Shown one piece after another: positions 52,235 through 64,000 of a stretch of DNA of 64,000 nt. The notes beneath the pieces are model-generated. The model saw nothing but the letters and a program-made list of their open reading frames with translations. It did not search any database and was not told the DNA's origin. The translations under genes and the position numbers were made by a program. Within the stretch, counting starts at the first letter, position 1; each line of letters begins with the position of its first letter. The stretch is from Octopus vulgaris (Eukaryota): contig OX597842.1 of the NCBI GenBank assembly GCA_951406725.2, positions 806,001 through 870,000 of the forward strand, written 5' to 3'.

Positions 52235-52636
52235 ACTCTCTTTTACTCTTTTACTTGTCTCAGTCATTTGACTGCGGCCATGCTGGAGCACCTCCTTTAG
52301 TCGAGCAAATCGACCCCATGGCTTATTCTTTGTAAGCCTAATACTTGTTCTATCAGTCTCTTTTGCCGAAACGCTAAGTTACAGGGACGTAAACACACCA
52401 CCATCGGTTGTCAAGCGATGTTGTGGGACAAACGTAGACACACAAACACACACACATATATATATATATACATATATACGATGGGCTTCTTTCTGTTTCC
52501 ATCTACCAAATCCACTCACAAGGCTTTGGTCGGCCCGAGGCTATAGTAGAATACACTTGTCCAAGGTACCATGCAGTGGGACTGAACCTGGAAACATGTG
52601 GTTTGTAAGCAAGCTACTTACCACACAGCCACTCCT
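52235..52636 (-). mobile_element. SINE A
   Basis: Complete copy, inverted relative to 51633. Confidence 0.9.
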
Positions 52637-53025
52637 AATTGGAGTACATGATGTAACAGGAAGCAAATTATGAAACAGCTGTAAACTCAGAGGTAAATCT
52701 TATTTGCTTCTCAATTTTCCTGGATTGCAATTGATTATATATACATGTGCATACATATATATTCACATATGTATATATATGTGTACTGGTGTCTTTTAGT
52801 TTTGAAAATAGCACAATGGATGTAAATGAGTGCCACTGTTATACAAGCATTGTTATTCATGTTCAATCTTCCATGAAAACATGCCTGGTCGTTCAGCAAT
52901 ATCAACTTCAGTATTTCTTTCTTTCTATCTACCCACCTTCCTCTCTACCCTTCACTACCTCTTTTCTTTCTCTCACCTCCCATCTCAGTACAACACAACC
53001 ATCATATTTCTCCTTTCACCCCTTC

Positions 53026-53413
53026 TTTCTTTATTTCCCACAAGGGGCTAAACGTAGAGGCGACAAACAAGGACAGACAAAGGGATTAAGTCGATTACAT
53101 TGACCCCAGTGTGTAACTGGTACTTATTTAATCGACCCTGAAAGGATGAAAGGCAAAGTTGACCTCAGCAGAATTTGAACTCAGAACATAATGTATTTCT
53201 TTACTGCCCACAAGGGGCTAAACATAGAGGGGACAAACAAGGACAGACAAAGGGATTAAGTCAATTACATTCACCCCAGTGCGTAACTGGTACTTAATTT
53301 ATCGACCCCGAAAGGATGAAAGGCAAAGTCGACCTCGGCGGAATTTGAACTCAGAACGTAATGGCAGACGAAATACCGCTAAGCATTTCGGCCAGCTTGC
53401 TAACATTTCTGCT
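53026..53413 (-). mobile_element. SINE C head + two tandem bodies
   Basis: Reverse complement of the 184-bp array unit occurs twice, with the head at 53370-53413. Confidence 0.85.
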
Positions 53414-53549
53414 AACATGCCTGGTCATTCATTATTATCAACTTGTTTGGAAACAGGTGAGAATAGGCCACCAGAACGTTATCAAGCCATAGAAAATTTG
53501 CTACAGCAAATTCCATCTCATGCAAGGAAGAACCGAAAAAAAAAATGGA

Positions 53550-53932
53550 CAGGAGTGGCTGTGTGGTAAGTAGCTTACTAACCAACCACATGGTTCCGGG
53601 TTCAGTCCCACTGCGTGGCATCTTGGGCAAGTGTCTTCTGCTATAGCCCCGGGCCGACCAATGCCTTGTGAGTGGATTTGGTAGACAGAAACTGAAAGAA
53701 GCCTGTCATATATATGTATATATATATGTATGTGTGTGTCTGTGTTTGTCCCCTAGCATTGCTTGACAACCGATGCTGGTGTGTTTACGTCCCCGTCACT
53801 TAGCGGTTCGGCAAAAGAGACCGATAGAATAAGTACTGGGCTTACAAAGAATAAGTCCTGGGGTCGATTTGCTCGACTAAAGGCGGTGCTCCAGCATGGC
53901 CGCAGTCAAATGACTGAAACAAGTAAAAGAGT
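53550..53932 (+). mobile_element. SINE A
   Basis: Complete copy. Confidence 0.9.
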
Positions 53933-54344
53933 ATTTAAACAAGAAACAGCAATGAATTTAATTTCACAACAAAGCAGTAAAAATTCCACTTTCCAGAGCA
54001 GAATTTTGGGAACAAAAATTGGTAAAGCTGTAAATAGGCTTTGTGACATTGGAATTCACAAAAATTATCTTTGATAATTCCTCAGTTAAAAGAGAAAACT
54101 CTTCCAGGATCTGCTATTATGTAATATTAAATCCAGCACAGAAGGGTTTATTTTTATCTGTTATGAAATTATTTCTAAGACAATTCGAAATAAACTGAAG
54201 AATGTGTGGATTAAACGCCATTATTATGGAAGTTTATTGTGAAAATGAGATTGTAAGAGTCTTCAAGCAGCAACCTCAGCAGATTAAGGGACATTTTGTT
54301 TCAAACAAAGCATAAAGGAAGAATAAGAAGATATGGAAAATATC

Positions 54345-54810
54345 TTCATCATTGTCATCACCATCATCATCACCATCGTCGTTGTCATCATCATCATCAT
54401 CATCATTGTTATCATCATTGTCATCATCATCATCATCATCACTATCGTCGTCATCATCATCATCATCACCATCGTCGTTGTCATCATCATCATCATTGTT
54501 GTCATCATCATCATCTTTATTATCATCATCATCATCATCACTATCGTCGTTGCCATCATCATCATCATCCTCATCATCACTATCGTCGTTGCCATCATCA
54601 TCATCACCATTGTCGTTGTCAACATCATCATCATTGTTATCACCATCATCATCATCACTATCGTCATTGTCATCATCATCACTATCGTCATTGTCATCAT
54701 CATCATCACCATCATCGTTATCATCATCATCATCATCATCATCATCATAATCGTCATTGTCATCATCGTTATCACGGCCATCATTATTGTCATCATTATC
54801 CTCATCATAA
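54345..54810. repeat. (CAT)n microsatellite
   Basis: Direct inspection. Confidence 0.93.
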
Positions 54811-55490
54811 TTAGTGAATGCTGCCATAATCCTTGCCTTCAGTTCAGCTTTGATGTTACAAGGAGTTTTGTTGGTCTCACCCTTAACTGCACCCCTCAAA
54901 TAATAATCAAGGGGGTTGCAGTCTGGGGAGTTAGGTGGCCACAGAAATTGTCTGACTGCCATGACTGGGTTCTCCTGCTTGTGTGACATGGTGCAGAGCC
55001 CTGTTGCCAAACATAGGGTCTTCCAGCAGCTACCCTCTTGACCCACGGCAGTGCTATCTGCCTGATAAGAAACTCAGAAACACCCATGTCCTTAGCGACA
55101 GACCTGATTGACTTGGAGGGATAATAGTCAACCATGGTTGGATCTCACCAACAAATTTAGGAGTTCTCTTCCTATCAGAGGGAGTTCACCGAGCTGCTCT
55201 ACCTTCGTAATCCCCATTAAACTCATCCAACTCTTTTCAAATCCATTGCATTGTCCCCAGATTGACGCTCAAACACTCTCAAATGTTCGTATTAGAGCGT
55301 CTAGTTCAAATACCAAACAGTACAGCATATCGCTTCCAAATTTCTGGTGGAGTGAATTGCTTCATGGTGCTGGTTTTCTCACAGACAGTGCCCAACTGAC
55401 CCTACTATACTGTGTAGTTGACAAAACCAAAAACAAACAATGCCATGATACAAGAACACTGTTGACAGTGACTTTGAAGTTTTGGCCACA
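54811..55490 (-). pseudogene. Tc1/mariner transposase relic (internally deleted, frameshifted)
   Basis: KSIRSVAKDMGVSEFLIRQI (HTH), PWVKRVAAGRPYVWQQGSAPCHTS (QQD.AP.H motif) and WPPNSPDCNPLDYYL. Confidence 0.85.
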
Positions 55491-55600
55491 CACACACCAG
55501 TTTATATATCCAAAGAGAGAATTGGATATGTGTGTATATCTATCTATATGTGAGTTTGTAAATGTGTATATATATATATATGTGTTTGCATGTGTGTGTG

Positions 55601-55645
<45 letters not shown>

Positions 55646-55823
55646 TCCAAACAAGAAAACACAAAAAAAACACAACGTGAGGACATGAAACAAATATAGT
55701 ATTATTGGACGCTCAGAAAGAAGGAAAGAAGGAGGGTTTAATGTTTCAGCCCTTCTGTGTTTAGCCCGTGTGGGTAGTAAAGAAATATATATATATATAT
55801 GTGTTTCCATGTGTGTATTTGTG

Positions 55824-55871
<48 letters not shown>

Positions 55872-56012
55872 TATAATTTTGGGTACCTAATAGATCCGAC
55901 CACGCTGGAAATAGCAGTCGAAACTTGACTCTAAAACCATATTAAATGTTCATACAGCACCAGGAGAGAAGACAAAGAGACAAAATAAACTAGCAAAAAA
56001 ATTACTGGATAA

Positions 56013-56069
56013 TTCCAGATCCTGGATTTCTGGCTCTGCATAAGAAATGCTCTGCCTTCGTCAGTGGAT
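56013..56069 (-). ncRNA. Type I hammerhead motif (variant stem II base)
   Basis: Reverse strand: tcca-CTGACGA-a-ggc..gcat/atgc..gcc-a-GAAA-tcc(a)gga-TC-tgga. Confidence 0.62.
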
Positions 56070-56613
56070 ATATAAATTGATATGTATATGTCCTTACCTT
56101 CAAAACGCAGAGTAGCCGAAACAGGGACAACTGAAGAAGGGCAATATTCCTTGTATTGCTTGTCTTGTACTCTGTTTTTTTGTTGTTTGAAAAAAAGTTT
56201 GTTTCCATGTTTTTGTTTTTATGTTTTCGTTTCTCATTGTGTTCAACGTTTTTTTGATGTCCTGTACCCAGATATGCACATGTATATATACATATAGATG
56301 TAGGTATGTAAATATGCATATATTTATATTATTCTATCGGTCTCTTTTGCCGATATTATATCGGTTGTATATATATATATATACATATATACGACAGGCT
56401 TCTTTCAGTTTCCGTCTACCAAATCCACTCACATATATATAGCAGAAGACACTATATGGACTGAACCCGCAACCGTGTGGTTGGTTAGAAGCTATTATCC
56501 CGCCTATGTATATATATATTTATATATTATTTATATCTTTATATATATATATATATATATATATGCATATATTTATATCATTTTATATATATATGTATAT
56601 ATATATGTGTGTG

Positions 56614-56657
<44 letters not shown>

Positions 56658-56685
56658 TGTATATATATGTGTGTGTGTGTGTGTG

Positions 56686-56716
<31 letters not shown>

Positions 56717-56994
56717 GCATATATATGTGTGTGTATGTATATATATATATATATACACACACATATACACACAGGAAAAGAAAGAGGGAATAAGGGGAGG
56801 GAAAGATGATGAATATAGATATAGTGAGAGACAGAAAAGGAGAGGGGGAGAGTGAAGGGGAGTAAGATGAATGTGCCGGAGGAAATGATGTGTAATAAGC
56901 AAGTATGGCATAAACAGTCTTTATGATGTAAACAAGTAATAAGGGGGGGAGTGAGGTAGATATCATATGGCTGTTCCAGTCATGAGCCTCCCCC

Positions 56995-57535
56995 TTATCA
57001 TCATAATCATTATCATCACCATCGTCATCGTCCCTTCACCATCATCATCATAATTATTAAGATCGTCATCATCAGCAACATCACTACCACCACAGCCGCC
57101 ACCACCACCACCATCATCATCATCACCACTCATCATCATCATCACCATCATCATCACCACCAGCACCACCACCATCATCATCATCACTACCATCATCATC
57201 ATCATCACTACCATCATCATCATCATCACTACCATCATCATCATCATCACTACCATCATCATCATCATCACTACCATCATCATCATCATCACTACCATCA
57301 TCATCATCACTACCATCATCATCATCATCACTATCACCATCATCACCATCAACACCACCAAAACCATCGTCACCAACATCATCATCATCATCATGACCAT
57401 CATCATCATCACCACTATCATCATCATCACCATCACCATCATCATCATCATCACCACCATCATCATCATCACTACCATCATCATCATATTCACTACCATC
57501 ATCATCATCACCACCATCATCATCATCATCACTAC

Positions 57536-57567
<32 letters not shown>

Positions 57568-57614
57568 CCATTATTATCACTATCACCATCACCATGAACA
57601 CCACCAGCACCACC

Positions 57615-57666
<52 letters not shown>

Positions 57667-57850
57667 CCACCACTACCATCATCATCATCATCACTACCAT
57701 CATCATCATCACTATCATCATCATCATCATCACTACCATCATCATCATCATCACTACCATCATCATCATCATCACTACCATCATCATCATCACTACCATC
57801 ATCATCATCATCACTACCATCATCATCATCATCACACCATCATCTCCATC
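56995..57850. repeat. (CAT/CAC)n microsatellite
   Basis: Direct inspection. Confidence 0.93.
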
Positions 57851-58201
57851 AAATGACATCTAAATGGTTAAATAAGGAACACATTGGATATTATAGTTCA
57901 AGATTTTTGCTAGAGATTGTTTTGGGTGCACTAGGAATCCCTGGGTAGACTGGGTAGATTAAATAATACCATTTACTATTGCATTATTTAAATTCTCTGT
58001 CAGAAGAATTTCTGATAGGAAATTCCTTCCATGTCTATCTAAAATGTGAAACTTTGTAATTCCTATTAGAAAATGAAACATGTGTAATGGTGATTATCAT
58101 AATACCAAGAAATTTCCAATTTCTTAAACTATCAGTTTAAACTATCGGATGTGCTTTTAACATTCCACTGGCAAGAGTGCCAATCAGGCGGTATTGTCAT
58201 T

Positions 58202-60828
58202 GGCGGCGAGCTGGCAGAAACGTTAGCACGCCGGGTGAAATGCTTAGCGGTATTTCGTCTGCGTTATTGTGAGTTCAAATTCCGCCGAGGTCGACTTTGC
58301 CTTTCATCCTTTCGGGGTCGATAAATTAAGTACCAGTTACGCACTGGGGTCGATGTAATCGACTTAATACCTATGTCTGTCCTTGTTTGTCCGCTCTGTG
58401 TTTAGCCCCTTGTGGGTAGTAAAGAAATACGTATTTCGTCTGCCGTTATGTTCTGAGTTCAAATTCCGCCGAGGTCGACTTTGCCTTTCATCCTTTCGGG
58501 GTCGATAAATTAAGTACCAGTTACGCACTGGGGTCGATGTAATCGACTTAATACCTATGTCTGTCCTTGTTTGTCCGCTCTGTGTTTAGCCCCTTGTGGG
58601 TAGTAAAGAAATACGTATTTCGTCTGCCGTTATGTTCTGAGTTCAAATTCCGCCGAGGTCGACTTTGCCTTTCATCCTTTCGGGGTCGATAAATTAAGTA
58701 CCAGTTACGCACTGGGGTCGATGTAATCGACTTAATACCTATGGTCTGTCCTTGTTTGTCCGCTCTGTGTTTAGCCCCTTGTGGGTAGTAAAGAAATACG
58801 TATTTCGTCTGCCGTTATGTTCTGAGTTCAAATTCCGCCGAGGTCGACTTTGCCTTTCATCCTTTCGGGGTCGATAAATTAAGTACCAGTTACGCACTGG
58901 GGTCGATGTAATCGACTTAATACCTATGTCTGTCCTTGTTTGTCCGCTCTGTGTTTAGCCCCTTGTGGGTAGTAAAGAAATACGTATTTCGTCTGCCGTT
59001 ATGTTCTGAGTTCAAATTCCGCCGAGGTCGACTTTGCCTTTCATCCTTTCGGGGTCGATAAATTAAGTACCAGTTACGCACTGGGGTCGATGTAATCGAC
59101 TTAATACCTATGTCTGTCCTTGTTTGTCCGCTCTGTGTTTAGCCCCTTGTGGGTAGTAAAGAAATACGTATTTCGTCTGCCGTTATGTTCTGAGTTCAAA
59201 TTCCGCCGAGGTCGACTTTGCCTTTCATCCTTTCGGGGTCGATAAATTAAGTACCAGTTACGCACTGGGGTCGATGTAATCGACTTAATACCTATGTCTG
59301 TCCTTGTTTGTCCGCTCTGTGTTTAGCCCCTTGTGGGTAGTAAAGAAATACGTATTTCGTCTGCCGTTATGTTCTGAGTTCAAATTCCGCCGAGGTCGAC
59401 TTTGCCTTTCATCCTTTCGGGGTCGATAAATTAAGTACCAGTTACGCACTGGGGTCGATGTAATCGACTTAATACCTATGTCTGTCCTTGTTTGTCCGCT
59501 CTGTGTTTAGCCCCTTGTGGGTAGTAAAGAAATACGTATTTCGTCTGCCGTTATGTTCTGAGTTCAAATTCCGCCGAGGTCGACTTTGCCTTTCATCCTT
59601 TCGGGGTCGATAAATTAAGTACCAGTTACGCACTGGGGTCGATGTAATCGACTTAATACCTATGTCTGTCCTTGTTTGTCCGCTCTGTGTTTAGCCCCTT
59701 GTGGGTAGTAAAGAAATACGTATTTCGTCTGCCGTTATGTTCTGAGTTCAAATTCCGCCGAGGTCGACTTTGCCTTTCATCCTTTCGGGGTCGATAAATT
59801 AAGTACCAGTTACGCACTGGGGTCGATGTAATCGACTTAATACCTATGTCTGTCCTTGTTTGTCCGCTCTGTGTTTAGCCCCTTGTGGGTAGTAAAGAAA
59901 TACGTATTTCGTCTGCCGTTATGTTCTGAGTTCAAATTCCGCCGAGGTCGACTTTGCCTTTCATCCTTTCGGGGTCGATAAATTAAGTACCAGTTACGCA
60001 CTGGGGTCGATGTAATCGACTTAATACCTATGTCTGTCCTTGTTTGTCCGCTCTGTGTTTAGCCCCTTGTGGGTAGTAAAGAAATACGTATTTCGTCTGC
60101 CGTTATGTTCTGAGTTCAAATTCCGCCGAGGTCGACTTTGCCTTTCATCCTTTCGGGGTCGATAAATTAAGTACCAGTTACGCACTGGGGTCGATGTAAT
60201 CGACTTAATACCTATGTCTGTCCTTGTTTGTCCGCTCTGTGTTTAGCCCCTTGTGGGTAGTAAAGAAATACGTATTTCGTCTGCCGTTATGTTCTGAGTT
60301 CAAATTCCGCCGAGGTCGACTTTGCCTTTCATCCTTTCGGGGTCGATAAATTAAGTACCAGTTACGCACTGGGGTCGATGTAATCGACTTAATACCTATG
60401 TCTGTCCTTGTTTGTCCGCTCTGTGTTTAGCCCCTTGTGGGTAGTAAAGAAATACGTATTTCGTCTGCCGTTATGTTCTGAGTTCAAATTCCGCCGAGGT
60501 CGACTTTGCCTTTCATCCTTTCGGGGTCGATAAATTAAGTACCAGTTACGCACTGGGGTCGATGTAATCGACTTAATACCTATGTCTGTCCTTGCTTGTC
60601 CACTCTGTGTTTAGCTCCTTGTAGGTAGTAAAGAAATAGGTATTTCATCTGTCTGTACTTTCTGAGTTCAAATTCCGCCGAGGTCGACTTTGCCTTCCAT
60701 CCTTTCGGGGTCGATAAATTAAGTACCAGTTACGCACTGGGGTCGATGTAATCGACTTAATACCTATGTCTGTCCTTGTTTGTCCCCTCTGTGTTTAGCC
60801 CCTTGTGGGTAGTAAAGAAATACGTATT
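58202..60828 (+). repeat. SINE C concatemer: one tRNA-like head + 14 tandem 184-bp units
   Basis: 'gagttcaaattccgccgagg' at 58271, 58455, 58639, 58824, 59008 ... 60480, 60664. GTATTGTCATTGGC flanks both ends (58191, 60824). Confidence 0.95.
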
Positions 60829-61024
60829 GTCATTGGCCATGTCAGTGATTTTGATTTGATTTCACTTGCCTCAAAAGGTTTTCGCAAGCAAAGTTCATTG
60901 TCCAATGAATGAGGGGTACTCATAAGTGGGCTGGTTACACCCACTGGCATAGGCCATGGGCCATGGTCTCACTTGGCTTGTCAGGTCTTCTCAAGTACAG
61001 CATATCTCCAACATCACTTGAGAA

Positions 61025-61850
61025 CTGATGCTGGTGTGTGTACGTCCCCGTAACTTAGCAGTTCAGCAAAACAGACCGATAGAATAAGTACTAGGCTTAC
61101 AAAGAATAAGTCCTGATGTCGATTTGCTCAACAAAAGGAGGTGTTCCAGCATGGCCGCAGTCAAAAATCGAAACAAGTAAAAGAGTAAAAAGAGAGAGAG
61201 TATATATATATATATATGGCATCTTGGGCAAGTGTCTTCTGCTATAGCCCCGGGCCGACCAATGCTTTGTGAGTGGATTTGGTAGACGGAAACTGAAAGA
61301 AGCCTGTCGTATATATGTATATATATGTATGCGTGTGTGTGTTTGTGTGTGTGTGTTTGTCCCCCTAGCATTGCTTGACAACTGATGCTGGTGTGTTTAC
61401 GTCCCCGTCACTTAGCGGTTCGGCAAAACAGACTGATAGAATAAATACTGGGCTTACAAAGAATAAATCCCAGGGTCGATTTGCTTGACTAAAGGCGGTG
61501 CTCCAGCATGGGCGCAGTCAAATGACTGAAACAAGTAAAAGAGTATATATATACTCGGGCCAACCAAAGCCTTGTGAGTGGATTTGGTAGACGGAAACTG
61601 AAAGAAGCCCGTCGTATATATGTATATATATATATATATATATATGCGTGTGTGTATTTGTGTGTGTCCCCCTAGCATTGCTTGACAACCGATGCTGGTG
61701 TGTTTATGTCCCCGTTACTTAGCGGTTCGGCAAAAGAGACCGATAGAATAAGTACTGGGCTTACAAAAGAATAAGTCCTGGGGCCGAGTTGCTCGATTAA
61801 AGGCGGTGCTCCAGCATGGCCGTAGTCAAATGACTGAAACAAGTAAAAGA

Positions 61851-61851
<1 letters not shown>
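61025..61851 (+). mobile_element. Three tandem 5'-truncated SINE A copies separated by (TA)n
   Basis: Tails at about 61190, 61542 and 61851. Confidence 0.85.
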
Positions 61852-61930
<79 letters not shown>

Positions 61931-62013
61931 GATATTTAGATAGATAGATGGATAGATAGATGGATGGATGGATGGATGGATGGATGGATGGATAGAGATA
62001 GATAGATTGATAG

Positions 62014-62053
<40 letters not shown>

Positions 62054-62055
62054 TG

Positions 62056-62117
<62 letters not shown>

Positions 62118-62165
62118 GTAGATAGATAGATAGGTAGATAGATAGGTAGATAGATAGATAGACAG
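61852..62165. repeat. (TA)n/(GATA)n/(GGAT)n microsatellite
   Basis: Direct inspection. Confidence 0.95.
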
Positions 62166-62382
62166 ATAATACATGTTGACAATATTTAACTGCGTCCATA
62201 AAATTCTCTGACAATATTTCCAGAATATTGCAAAATGTTCCAACCATTGTTAGGAAGATACAAGTTACAATAAAACTATATTCCACATATTTACATAAAA
62301 ATGGTTGGAAAGATGGAGAATCTTCGCCTTTTTTTCCATTCCCTTTATCCCAAGAAAACTGTCAAGTGTTCAGCAGGATTGC

Positions 62383-62427
<45 letters not shown>

Positions 62428-62675
62428 TGTGTGTATGAGTGTGTATGTATCAGTATATATATAAGGGAATACACACACACCTGCATAAAATAGATAGTGA
62501 TGCAGATAAGCTTGATTAAGTGTGACACACAGACACACACATATATACACACACACACATTATATATATATATAAATATATGTATAAATACAGATAACAA
62601 AATATATTCAGAAAACAAGCTCATCCATACAAGCAAATATATATACATACATACATACATACATACATACATACA

Positions 62676-62708
<33 letters not shown>

Positions 62709-63039
62709 GTATATATATATATATAGACAAATATATTTACAAAGAGCATAAAAAATGTATAAAATATATTTAAAATATATATACAAACACAGATATATGT
62801 GTTTGTGTGTATTCATGTTTATACACCCACCCCGTAAGCATATATCATAGAATACATTCAGGCAAAGATATCTACATCAAAACCCAGCTGTGTACATACA
62901 TGCACAGAGAAACAAATACACAAGATGTATACTGAAAACAATTCGTGTAAATACGTGTATATACTTATATGTCTTGGTATACATATACAAATATATATAT
63001 ATGTATGTGCGTATGTATGTATGTATGTATGTATGTATG

Positions 63040-63070
<31 letters not shown>

Positions 63071-63372
63071 TTGTATATGTATAATAATAATAATAATAAT
63101 AATAATGATATGAGGGAATATTATTCCAAACTTACAGGGAAAAATTCAATTTAGAAATACTAAATCAAATTTCACAAAATATAATATATATATGTATATG
63201 AATTAGAAAAAACCCACCTTTTATCAATTCAATAATGAAAAATTAAATTATACCATTTAGAAAAATTACATATTATGAAAAGATTATACATATATATATA
63301 TATGTGTGTGTGTGTGTGTATATATATATATGTGTGTGTGTATATATATATATGTGTATATGTATATATATA

Positions 63373-63413
<41 letters not shown>

Positions 63414-63824
63414 ATATGTATATATATATAATTAATTAATAAGGGTGAGAGAATTAGATACTAATTTAATAGCATATCTATTCAACACCAAGTGGCCCAG
63501 TGCCTCGAGAAACCTGGATTATTATAATATATTATAATATTTTATACAAAAATAAATATAAGAGAATGGTCACTATGTGGCTCATTCTAGCACTAGAAAA
63601 TCCAAAAGGTTTCAACCACAAAAATACATGTTTCCTATGAAAGTCAGTACGATTGTTAGCTCATACGAACAGGGCAAATAAAAAATAACAAAAATACAGA
63701 TTATTTTGGGACAATTGTTTCGCTATTAATGAATTAAATGTAATTTTACTTACAAAAAACCCACTTGTAGCTCCTCAGCCAAAACTATCTGGATGAAATC
63801 CACTCAATCACACGCCAGATTTTA

Positions 63825-63860
<36 letters not shown>

Positions 63861-63876
63861 TTGTGCAAAACACACA

Positions 63877-63924
<48 letters not shown>

Positions 63925-64000
63925 CATACATATATATATAAATATACATACATACATATATATACATACATACACATACATACATACATACATATATATA

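Noticed and set aside
54276-55046. 256-aa ORF as a transposase with an acidic tail
   Set aside because: Chance fusion of a mariner relic with a (GAT)n microsatellite. The catalytic region is frameshifted.
58202-60828. CRISPR array or retrozyme interpretation of the regular repeat
   Set aside because: Units are identical with no unique spacers and no cas genes. I found no CTGANGA/GAAA hammerhead core on either strand of the unit. It matches a dispersed SINE.
63590-63785. Possible minus-strand hammerhead (CTGAGGA...GAAA)
   Set aside because: Stem II is plausible, but stem III and the cleavage triplet do not pair convincingly
1645-63993. Most ORFs in the track (poly-YI, CV, HT, II, MM, NN and similar)
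   Set aside because: Translations of di- and tri-nucleotide microsatellites

Overview
Eukaryotic, AT-rich, repeat-dense window with no confidently identifiable host gene. The repeat repertoire looks like a coleoid cephalopod (Octopus-like) genome; this is inferred from pattern recognition, not from a search. Almost all ORFs in the supplied track are translations of microsatellites or SINEs. Main content: about 20 copies or fragments of one tRNA-headed SINE, two further SINE families, fragments of CR1-like, RTE-like and R4/Dong-like (RLE) LINEs, a Tc1/mariner relic, a hAT MITE, two Helitrons and a Helentron-type element. The most notable signals are three. (1) A set of structurally distinct type I hammerhead ribozyme motifs sits in small modules bounded by (TA)n. 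(2) One of these belongs to a Penelope-like element whose reading frame encodes the post-RT region plus GIY-YIG but no RT core. (3) A 14 x 184-bp head-to-tail SINE concatemer is enclosed by a single 14-bp target-site duplication. All structures were read by eye and coordinates of diffuse repeats are approximate.
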